Below the pieces are notes generated by a model that saw only the letters and a program-made list of their open reading frames with translations, was not told the origin of the DNA and did not search any database. This document shows, one piece after another, positions 16,313-23,664 of a stretch of 32,000 bases of DNA; positions within the stretch are counted from its first letter, which is position 1; each line of letters opens with the position of its first letter. The stretch lies in NCBI RefSeq assembly GCF_001598795.1, contig NZ_BCZP01000005.1:240001-272000 (forward strand), written 5' to 3'. The DNA is from Delftia acidovorans NBRC 14950. GTDB lineage: Bacteria; Pseudomonadota; Gammaproteobacteria; Burkholderiales; Burkholderiaceae_C. Made by a program: the position numbers and the translations under genes.

Positions 16313-16606
16313 TCAGGGACGCGCTTCCTGCTCGTGCTCGGAAGCCACCGGGGCAGGCACGGCGCCCAGGTCGGGTTCGGAATGCAAGGCCTCGCTGAGC
16401 TGGTCCACCACCAGCGCCCAGGTCGCATCGGCATGCCACTGCTGCGAGAACAGGGCGCGTTGCGCATCGGTCCAGAACGGAGCGTCCACCAGCAGCGTGT
16501 TTTTCTCCAGGCGGTGCGAAAGAATGAACTGACGGATGCCCTCCGGGCTGGAGTCCAGTCCCAGCTGATCGAAGAGGTTGGTCATGGTGGGTTCGGCTGT
16601 GATCAT
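16313..16606 (-). CDS. DUF2789-family small protein
   Basis: The segment NLFDQLGLDSSPEGIRQFILSHRL...DAPFWTDAQRALF...DATWALVVDQL matches my memory of the DUF2789 consensus (LF.QLGL...I..FI..H.L.....L..A.FW...Q..FL....DA.WA.VVD.L). ATG 16606 has an AAGGA-type SD. Confidence 0.7.
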   Translation of the reverse strand: MITAEPTMTNLFDQLGLDSSPEGIRQFILSHRLEKNTLLVDAPFWTDAQRALFSQQWHADATWALVVDQLSEALHSEPDLGAVPAPVASEHEQEARP

Positions 16607-16812
16607 GGTGTGTCCTTCTTGGGTGTGGCGGGGGTTGGTCCAAGGCTAGAAGCTCGGCCGGCTGCCCCATGTCGGACACCGAAGCAAGCTACCGTCGGAA
16701 GCCCTTCTGCGCTTGGGCCGCAGTGCCCGCGCACAGCACAGCCCTGCTCCTACAAGGCAGCACCAGCGCACTGGCGCACCATGCAGCCACCTCATCACAG
16801 GACATCTATTCC

Positions 16813-17076
16813 ATGAAAAAACTGCTGCTTGCCACCGCCATTTCCCTTGCCTTCGCCGCAGGCCTGTCGACCGCCCACGCCCAGGTGGGGAAGGCCGCCT
16901 CCGAGGCCGCCGACGCCGCAGACCACAAGGTGAAGGAAAAGCAGGCCGACGCCAAGGCCAAGGACAGCGGGCCGGTCGGCAAGGCCGTGAACAACGTCAA
17001 GTCGGACTACCACAAGAAGCGCTCCAAGCAGTCGGCAGACAACGCCAAGGAATCGCTGAAGAAGGCGACCGAGTAA
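16813..17076 (+). CDS. Small secreted Lys/Ala-rich protein (hypothetical, 87 aa)
   Basis: ATG 16813 opens MKKLLLATAISLAFAAGLSTAHA|Q, a canonical Sec signal with an AxA site. The mature part is charged and low in complexity. A strong terminator follows. Confidence 0.6.
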   Translation: MKKLLLATAISLAFAAGLSTAHAQVGKAASEAADAADHKVKEKQADAKAKDSGPVGKAVNNVKSDYHKKRSKQSADNAKESLKKATE

Positions 17077-17096
17077 ACGGCACTGCCCAAATGGAC

Positions 17097-17127
17097 AAAG
17101 GCCCACTTGCGTGGGCCTTTGTCTTTT
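17097..17127. terminator. Bidirectional rho-independent terminator
   Basis: Hairpin AAAGGCCCAC-ttgc-GTGGGCCTTT followed by gtcttttg, between convergent stops (17076 on the plus strand, 17155 on the minus strand). Confidence 0.75.
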
Positions 17128-17154
17128 GCAGAGGCCGGCGCTGCCGGCGCGGCC

Positions 17155-19533
17155 TCAGAAGCTGTGCCGCAGCGTCACCATCACATTGCGCGGCGCACCG
17201 GGCAGGTTCAGGTTGGGGCTGGTGCCGTGGGCCGAGACGATATAGCGGCGGTCGAACAGGTTGCGCAGGTTCAGCTGCACCGTGGTGGCACGGCCGATGC
17301 GGTACTGGGCCATGGCATCCACCACCGTGTAGGCAGGCAGCGTGACGGTGTTGCCGGGGTTGGCAAAGCGGTCGCCCACGTAGTTGAGGCCGCCGCCCAC
17401 GGTCCAGGCATCGCCCAGGCGCTGGGTGAGCCAGACAGACAGGGAGTTCCTGGGCGTGATGGTGGCGCGCTTGCCCTGCACGGGCTGGCCGGCGTCCACG
17501 GTGGTGGATTCGGTGACCACGGCATCCAGGTAGGCGTAGCTGAAGGTGGCCTGGGTGCCGGGGCGCAGTTCGCCGGACAGCGACAGCTCCAGGCCGCGCG
17601 TGCGCTGCGTGCCGATGGGAATCAGTTGGGTGGGCTGGGCCGGGTTGGTGGTCTTGATGTCGGTGCGTTCCAGCTGGAACAGCGATGCCGTCGCCATGGC
17701 CTTGCCGTCCATCAGGTCCCATTTGCCGCCCACTTCATAGTTGGTGGTGCTTTCCGGCTTGATGGCGGCATTGGTGGCCGACAGCGCAAACATCTCGGCC
17801 GAAGGCTGGTAGGAGCGGCTGACCGACAGGTAATAGGACTGCACGGCATCGGGCTGCCACACCAGTCCGGCGCGCGGGCTCCAGGTGGAGTCCGTGCGGC
17901 TGAAGTCGCTCTGGCCGGCCAGGCGGTTGTCGGTTTCCTGGCCGAAGCGGTCATAGCGCAGGCCCACCAGCAGCTTCCACTGCGGCGACAGCGTGACCTG
18001 GTCCTGCAGGTACAGGGCCCGCGTGAGGTAGCGGTTGAGCGTGCTGCCGCTCAGGGTGCCGCCGCCGTTGAGCGGGGCCACGGGCAGCACGGGGTTCCAG
18101 AGGTTCACGTTGGCCAGGGTGCCGCCGCTGTAGGACAGCGCATCCTTGTTCTGCTGGCCCAGCTCCAGGCCGTAGAGCACTTCATGCTGCACGCTGCCGG
18201 TGCTGAAATTCTGGATCAGCTCGGTCTGGTTGAAGATGCCGTGCTCGTTGCGGTCCACGCCCGAGCGGGTCAGCGCCACGGTGCCGGCCGCCTCGTTGGT
18301 GGTGCCGGCCGGCAAGGTGTTCTGGCGGTCCAGCTCGTAGTGGTAGTAGCGCAGCGCGTTGCGCACGCGCAGCGTGTCCGAGAAGCGGTGGTTGAAGGTG
18401 GCGGTGAAGGAGCCCACGGTGGATTCGGAGGTGTCCGCATCGCGCGCATTGGCCGAGCCGTAGTAGGTGCCGGGCGCCACATCCACGGGGCGGCCGCGGT
18501 AGGCGGGAATGCCGAAGTCGGTGACGCGCTTGTCGCGCAGCAGCTCGGCCTGCAGCGTCAGCGAGGTGTTGCCGTCCGGCTTCCACATGACGGAGGGGGC
18601 GATGGTCTCGCGCTTGAGGAACTGCTGGCTGCGGTAGCTGTTGGCGTCTTCGGCGGCGCCGGTGACGCGCCAGGACCAGTCGCTGCCCTCGGGCGCGCGG
18701 CCTACGTCGAATTCGGCACGCTTGTCGGCCCAGCTTCCCACGCTGACGGCCACGTCGGAGACATTGACGCCCGGCTTCTTGGTCACGCGGTTGACCAGGC
18801 CGCCCGAGGAACCCCGGCCATAGAGCACGGCGGCCGGGCCCTTGACGACTTCCACGCGCTCGATGTTGGAGAGGTCGCGGAAATACAGCGCATCGTCGCG
18901 GAAGCCATCCACGAACTGGTCGCCGATGCTGGTGAAGCCGCGGATGCTGACCTGGTCGCGCTGGCCGTCGCCGTGCGACAGGCCGATGCCGGCCACGTTG
19001 CGCAGCGTGTCCTGCAGCGAGGTGGCGGCCTGGTCGCGCATGACCTGCTGGGGGATCACATTGATGGTCTGGGGCACGTCGCGCAGCGACGCCTCGGTCT
19101 TGGTGCCGCTGGCGGCCGAGGGGGCGTAGTAGGCAGTGTCCTCCGCGCGCGAGGCCAGCACGCGCACTTCTGCCATGACGGCGCCTGCCGCGCCGGAGCT
19201 GGCAGCCGGGCCGCCGCTGCGCTCCACGGTGAAGGTACGCTCATCCTGCGCACGCACCTGCAGGCCGCTGCCGGCCAGCAGGCGCTGCAGGGCCTCGCGC
19301 ACTTCCAGCGTGCCGCGCAGCGCGGGCGCCTGCAGGCCCTGGGCCACATCGGTGAGGAAGATGATCTGGGCGCCGCTTTGGCGCGCCAGCGCGTTCAGCG
19401 ACTGGGCCAGCGGCTGGGCCGGCAGGTCCACGGCCAGGGGCTGGGCATGGGCCAGGCCGGCAATGCACAGTGCGGCGGCCAGGGCCGCGATGCGAAAGCG
19501 CGGCAGGCCGGCGACGGTAGGGGAAGGGTTCAT
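17155..19533 (-). CDS. TonB-dependent siderophore receptor/transducer with N-terminal STN signalling domain (FecA/FpvA/FhuE type)
   Basis: ATG 19533 has AGGAGAG upstream; the track ORF extends to 19674 without support. Seen in order: signal peptide (...CIAGLAHA|Q), signalling domain (LAQSLNALARQSGAQIIFL...LRGTLEVREALQRLLAGSGL), plug (VPQTINVIPQQVMRDQ), a long beta-barrel with Y/G-rich strands, and a terminal Phe (RHSF). Confidence 0.9.
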   Translation of the reverse strand: MNPSPTVAGLPRFRIAALAAALCIAGLAHAQPLAVDLPAQPLAQSLNALARQSGAQIIFLTDVAQGLQAPALRGTLEVREALQRLLAGSGLQVRAQDERTFTVERSGGPAASSGAAGAVMAEVRVLASRAEDTAYYAPSAASGTKTEASLRDVPQTINVIPQQVMRDQAATSLQDTLRNVAGIGLSHGDGQRDQVSIRGFTSIGDQFVDGFRDDALYFRDLSNIERVEVVKGPAAVLYGRGSSGGLVNRVTKKPGVNVSDVAVSVGSWADKRAEFDVGRAPEGSDWSWRVTGAAEDANSYRSQQFLKRETIAPSVMWKPDGNTSLTLQAELLRDKRVTDFGIPAYRGRPVDVAPGTYYGSANARDADTSESTVGSFTATFNHRFSDTLRVRNALRYYHYELDRQNTLPAGTTNEAAGTVALTRSGVDRNEHGIFNQTELIQNFSTGSVQHEVLYGLELGQQNKDALSYSGGTLANVNLWNPVLPVAPLNGGGTLSGSTLNRYLTRALYLQDQVTLSPQWKLLVGLRYDRFGQETDNRLAGQSDFSRTDSTWSPRAGLVWQPDAVQSYYLSVSRSYQPSAEMFALSATNAAIKPESTTNYEVGGKWDLMDGKAMATASLFQLERTDIKTTNPAQPTQLIPIGTQRTRGLELSLSGELRPGTQATFSYAYLDAVVTESTTVDAGQPVQGKRATITPRNSLSVWLTQRLGDAWTVGGGLNYVGDRFANPGNTVTLPAYTVVDAMAQYRIGRATTVQLNLRNLFDRRYIVSAHGTSPNLNLPGAPRNVMVTLRHSF

Positions 19534-19556
19534 GGCGACATCTCTCCTGAGGCGTT

Positions 19557-19585
19557 GGGTACGGGATACGGGATAGGGGATACGG
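19557..19585. repeat. Four tandem 6-7-nt units GGG(A)TA(C/G) in the 5' leader of the TonB receptor gene
   Basis: The plus strand reads gggtac gggatac gggatag gggatac. On the coding (minus) strand this is GTATCCC CTATCCC GTATCCC GTACCC, 24-52 nt upstream of ATG 19533. Confidence 0.8.
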
Positions 19586-19742
19586 CTTTTGCGGCAAGCC
19601 CCTCCAGGGCCAGCTCGGCCCCGGGCGCGATGCCGGTCTGCCTGTAAGCCGCTGCAGCGCGCAGGTTTGTACACATGGCCACGGAAAATTTCTGGATCAG
19701 GCCAGCGGCTGCAGGGACAACTGCCGGGCGGCCTACCTGTGC

Positions 19743-20702
19743 CTACCTGTGGCGCGTGGAGATCAGCACGCGGCCGTCGTCCTCATGCCGCACCTGCACG
19801 GGGGCAAGGCGGGGCAGCAGGTCCAGCAGCTGGTCGATGCGGTCCAGGTCGAACTGCCCCGAGATGCGCAGCTGCGCCGCATGCCGGTCGGCCAGCACGA
19901 TGGGTGCGCTGCGGTAGCGCTGCATCTGCGCCACGGCCTCGGACAGCGGCGTGCCGTCCAGCACCAGGCGGCCCTCCCGCCAGGCCAGGGCGGCCAGGGC
20001 AGCGGCGCCGTCGCCCGCCTCTGCCGGCACGAACTGCGGCAGCGGCCGGCCGGCGCGCGTGCGCAGGTGCTGGCCGGTGGACAGCTCCATGGGTGCGCCG
20101 CCACCCTCCATGGAATGCACGCGCACCCTGCCCTGCAGCACGGTGATGTCGGCACCATCCTCATGGCGGTGCACGCCGAACACGGTGCCGATGTCCTGCA
20201 CCACCACGCCGCCGGCCTGCACGGTGAAGGGCCGCTGCAGCCAGGGCACCCAGCCGTGCCAGAAGGCATGGGATACCTCGAAGGACGCCTCCCCCTGGTC
20301 CAGCACCAGGCGGCGCGAGCGCAGGTGCTGCGCCACTTGCACGCGCGAGCCGGTGTTCAGCCGCACCTCGCTGCCATCGGCCAGTTGCCAGCTCTGGCGC
20401 TGGCCCACGGCGGTCGCCAGGGTCTGGCGCTGCAGCGCGGGGTCGGCCCAGAGCAGCAGCGCCAGCGCCGCCAGGGCCGCAGCCGTGCCTGCGCGCAGCG
20501 CCCTGCGCTGGCGCAGCTTCTGGCGCTGGGCGGCGGCCTGCTCGATTTCCTCGGGCGTGGGCAGGTGCCGGCGCAGCATGTCGGCAAAGGGGGCCAGGGC
20601 GTCATCGACGGGCAGATGGGCGCTGCGCCCCGAAGACTGCGCAGAAGCACCCTGGCGCGCGCTGCGCGTGCCGCCTGTGCTGCGCGTGATCTCAGGCGGC
20701 AT
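19743..20702 (-). CDS. FecR-type anti-sigma factor/sigma regulator (transmembrane sensor)
   Basis: The start at ATG 20702 overlaps the sigma-factor stop by 11 nt; other in-frame starts exist up to 20741. There is a single TM helix (ALRAGTAAALAALALLLWA). The FecR-domain blocks are SWQLADGSEVRLNTGSRV and FTVQAGGVVVQDIGTVFGV. The gene sits between an ECF sigma gene and an STN-type receptor gene. Confidence 0.85.
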   Translation of the reverse strand: MPPEITRSTGGTRSARQGASAQSSGRSAHLPVDDALAPFADMLRRHLPTPEEIEQAAAQRQKLRQRRALRAGTAAALAALALLLWADPALQRQTLATAVGQRQSWQLADGSEVRLNTGSRVQVAQHLRSRRLVLDQGEASFEVSHAFWHGWVPWLQRPFTVQAGGVVVQDIGTVFGVHRHEDGADITVLQGRVRVHSMEGGGAPMELSTGQHLRTRAGRPLPQFVPAEAGDGAAALAALAWREGRLVLDGTPLSEAVAQMQRYRSAPIVLADRHAAQLRISGQFDLDRIDQLLDLLPRLAPVQVRHEDDGRVLISTRHR

Positions 20703-21240
20703 GGTCGGCCGTGAGCACGGGCTGCACATCGCGCAGCGCACGCGCCAGATGGCGGGCCACCATGCCGCGCGAGATGCCCATGCGCTGTGCGGCCTCTTCC
20801 TGCGGCATGCCGTAGAGCTTGGTGAGGATGAAGGCCTCGCGGCTGGCCTGGGGCAGCTGCTCTATCGCCACCAGCAGCGCGCGCTGGCGCTGGGCGGCGG
20901 CCACGGCCAGCTCGGGCGGGGACAGCGGCATGGCTGCGGCGGGGGCAAGGCGCTCTTCCAGCTCGGCGCCATCGAAGGGCGTTTCGGGCCGGCGCGCCTG
21001 GGCCCGGTGGCGGTCTATGGCCAGGTCACGCGCCAGATGCCGCAGAAAGGCCAGCGGGTTGGCAATGCCCTGGGGAACGGGCCGCTCCATCAACCGCAGG
21101 CACAGCTCGTTGACGATTTCGCGGGGCTGGCATTCGTCGCCGAAGCGGTGGCGCAGGAAACCGACCAGTTCGTCATAGTGCTGCACCAGCTGGGCCAGCA
21201 GGGGCTCGGCGGGCGGTTGTAGCGTGGAGGGGGACGGCAT
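20692..21240 (-). CDS. ECF sigma-70 family factor, FecI/iron-starvation type
   Basis: 182 aa with region 2 (ELVGFLRHRFGD...EIVNELCLRL) and region 4 HTH (REAFILTKLYGMPQEEAAQRMGISRGMVARHLARAL). The genomic context is FecI-FecR-FecA. Confidence 0.9.
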   Translation of the reverse strand: MPSPSTLQPPAEPLLAQLVQHYDELVGFLRHRFGDECQPREIVNELCLRLMERPVPQGIANPLAFLRHLARDLAIDRHRAQARRPETPFDGAELEERLAPAAAMPLSPPELAVAAAQRQRALLVAIEQLPQASREAFILTKLYGMPQEEAAQRMGISRGMVARHLARALRDVQPVLTADHAA

Positions 21241-21268
21241 GGAGGAAAAGCCAATCGCGAAGAAGATC

Positions 21269-21287
21269 GCAAATGATTCTTATTATC
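21269..21287 (-). promoter_or_regulatory. Fur box upstream of the ECF sigma gene
   Basis: The minus strand reads GATAATAAGAATCATTTGC. This matches 15 of 19 positions of the consensus GATAATGATAATCATTATC. It ends 28 nt upstream of ATG 21240. Confidence 0.6.
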
Positions 21288-21360
21288 CTATGCAGTTGCC
21301 ATGCTTACCGTTGGCAAACCGGGCGGTGACGCGCCGCCGCAACAGCGGCGGGCGAACGGC

Positions 21361-22317
21361 TCAGGGCAGCGGCGCGCGCATTCCCGTGAGTCCCGGCATG
21401 ACCTCCCGCATGGCCGCGATGAAGGCACGCAGGCGCGCCGGCTGGTGGCGCGCCGGCGGATACACCAGGTGCACGGGCAGCGGCGCGGCCTGCCAGTCCG
21501 GGGCCAGGTGCACCAGGCGGCCCGCCTCCAGATCGTCGCGCACGATCCAGGCCGAGGCCAGGGCCGCACCCAGCCCGCCCAGGGCGGCGTTGCGCAGCGC
21601 ATAAAGGCTGTCGGTGCTGAGCCGGGGCTCGAACTGCAGGCGCCAGGATTTGCACACCCGCTCATCGCCCACGCGGTGCAGTTCCAGCTCGCGCTGGTAG
21701 AAGGTGCGCAGCGCAATCCAGGGCAGCCCCTGCAGCTCGCGCGGGTGCTGGGGCACGCTGCCCTGCCCCAGCAAGGCAGGCGCGGCCACGGCAATGCGCG
21801 GCACCTCGGCCACGCGCAGCGCGACCACCGATGGATCGACCACGGCGCCCACCTGCACGGCGCAGTCGATGCCCTCGGCAATGAAGTCCGGCTGGCGGTC
21901 ATGCAGCAGCCACTCGACCTTGACGGCCGGATGGCGGCCCAGGAACTGCAGCAGCGGCGCCATGAGCTGGTCCTGGCCGAATGCGTGGGGCGCGACCACG
22001 CGCAGCAGGCCGCGCGGCGTGTCCTGGGCGCCGCGCAGGTCGGACTCCAGCGCCCGCCATGTATCGAGCAGTTCGCGCGCATGGGCCAGGCAGCGCTCTC
22101 CGTCGTCGGTCAGCGCCATGGCGTGGGTGGAGCGCCGCAGCAGGCGCAGGCCCAGCGCGCGCTCCAGCGTCTGCAGACGCCGGCTGACCGTGGGCTGGGT
22201 GGTGGACATCTGCTGCGCGGCGGCCGAGAGGCTGCCGCTTTCGACGATGCGCACAAAGGTCTGCAGCAGTTCGATGCGGTCTGCGCCCGAAGGCAGGGAG
22301 AGGTCGGCGATGGTCAT
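21361..22317 (-). CDS. LysR-family transcriptional regulator
   Basis: From ATG 22317: MTIADLSLPSGADRIELLQTFVRIVESGSLSAAAQQMSTTQPTVSRRLQTLERALGLRLLRRS, a typical LysR wHTH. The substrate-binding domain follows. It is divergent from an MFS gene. Confidence 0.85.
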   Translation of the reverse strand: MTIADLSLPSGADRIELLQTFVRIVESGSLSAAAQQMSTTQPTVSRRLQTLERALGLRLLRRSTHAMALTDDGERCLAHARELLDTWRALESDLRGAQDTPRGLLRVVAPHAFGQDQLMAPLLQFLGRHPAVKVEWLLHDRQPDFIAEGIDCAVQVGAVVDPSVVALRVAEVPRIAVAAPALLGQGSVPQHPRELQGLPWIALRTFYQRELELHRVGDERVCKSWRLQFEPRLSTDSLYALRNAALGGLGAALASAWIVRDDLEAGRLVHLAPDWQAAPLPVHLVYPPARHQPARLRAFIAAMREVMPGLTGMRAPLP

Positions 22318-22423
22318 ACGCCAAGCGTATATCGATTCTGCGGACGCAGCCACTACCGTGGGTTGCTGCATCGCACCACACTACGGCCATCGTTTCTCAA
22401 ACACGCCGTATCGGCGGATCAAC

Positions 22424-23641
22424 ATGTCTTGCATTCAATCTACGCATAACCAAGCGGCCACCAGCGAAAAGGCATCCGGCGTGCCCCGGTCGCTGGTGCT
22501 GCTGATGGCGACCACGGCGGGCGTGGGCGTGGCCTCGCTCTACTACAGCCAGCCCATGCTGGGCGTGCTCGGCCCCGACCTGGGCGCGGGCGAGCGCGCC
22601 GTGGGCTTTGTGCCCACGCTGACCCAGCTGGGCTATGCGCTGGGCATTTTGCTGCTGGCCCCGCTGGGCGACCGTATGGACCGCCGGCGCATCATCCTGG
22701 CCAAGACCGCCGCGCTGATGCTGGCCCTGCTGGCCAGCGGGCTGGCCCCGGGCCTGGCGCCGCTGCTGGCCGCCAGCCTGGCCGTGGGCCTGGCCGCCAC
22801 CCTGGCGCAGGATGTGGTGCCGGCCGCCGCCACGCTGGCGCCCGAGCACCAGCGTGGCAAGGTGGTGGGCACGGTGATGACGGGGCTGCTGCTGGGCATT
22901 TTGCTGTCGCGCGTGGTCAGCGGGCTGCTGGCCGAGCATGGCGGCTGGCGCAGCGTCTACCTGCTGGCCGCAGCTGCCATGGCACTGCTGGGGGTGGCCC
23001 TGTGGCGCGGGCTGCCCAGTTTCAGGCCCACCACGCAACTGGGCTATGGCGCGCTGCTGGGCTCCATGGTGCAGCTGTGGCGCAGCCAGCCCGCGCTGCG
23101 CCGTGCGGCCCTGGCCCAGGGCCTGCTGTCGGTGGCCTTCAGTGCCTTCTGGTCCACGCTGGCCGTCATGCTGCACCAGCAGTTCCACATGGGTAGCGCC
23201 GCAGCCGGCGCCCTGGGCCTGGCGGGCGCCGCCGGTGCGCTGGCCGCGCCGCTGGCAGGCCGGCTGGCCGACCGCAGCGGCCCGCAGCGCGTGACCTGCC
23301 TGGGTGCGGGCCTGGCCCTGGCGTCGTTTGCCGTGCTGGCACTGTCGCCCTGGCTGCCGGCTGCGGCCCGGCTGCCGCTGCTGGTGGCCAGCGCCATCGG
23401 TTTCGACTTCGGCATCCAGGCGACGCTGGTGGCGCACCAGACCCTGGTGTATGGCCTGGACCCCGCTGCACGCAGCCGGCTCAATGCGCTGCTGTTCACG
23501 GGCGTGTTCATCGGCATGGCCTCGGGCTCGGCGCTGGGCGCCCTGGCCCTGGCGCAATGGGGCTGGAGCGGCGTGGTGGCCCTGGCCTGTGCGGCTTCGG
23601 CGGCGGCATTGGCCGTACGGCTGGCGGGCCGCAACCGCTGA
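22424..23641 (+). CDS. MFS transporter (12-TM type)
   Basis: ATG 22424; the long upstream extension in the track (from 21704) is antisense to the LysR gene. Hydrophobic helices run throughout. The MFS loop motif is LAPLGDRMDRRRIIL (G-x-x-x-D-R-x-G-R-R-like). Confidence 0.85.
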   Translation: MSCIQSTHNQAATSEKASGVPRSLVLLMATTAGVGVASLYYSQPMLGVLGPDLGAGERAVGFVPTLTQLGYALGILLLAPLGDRMDRRRIILAKTAALMLALLASGLAPGLAPLLAASLAVGLAATLAQDVVPAAATLAPEHQRGKVVGTVMTGLLLGILLSRVVSGLLAEHGGWRSVYLLAAAAMALLGVALWRGLPSFRPTTQLGYGALLGSMVQLWRSQPALRRAALAQGLLSVAFSAFWSTLAVMLHQQFHMGSAAAGALGLAGAAGALAAPLAGRLADRSGPQRVTCLGAGLALASFAVLALSPWLPAAARLPLLVASAIGFDFGIQATLVAHQTLVYGLDPAARSRLNALLFTGVFIGMASGSALGALALAQWGWSGVVALACAASAAALAVRLAGRNR

Positions 23642-23664
23642 ACTTCTGCAGGCTGCCGGCAGGC

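Noticed and set aside
17107-19647. 846-aa plus-strand ORF opposite the TonB-dependent receptor
   Set aside because: It is antisense to a receptor with signal peptide, STN, plug, barrel and terminal Phe. Its composition is Gly/Ala/Arg/Val-rich and low in complexity.
19586-19742. ECF (FecI-type) promoter upstream of the TonB transducer gene, for example around the GAAAT word at about 19685-19692 on the minus strand
   Set aside because: I could not find a -35/-10 pair with the correct 16-17 nt spacing to a CGT/CGTC-type -10 element. The promoter must exist, but I cannot place it from sequence alone.
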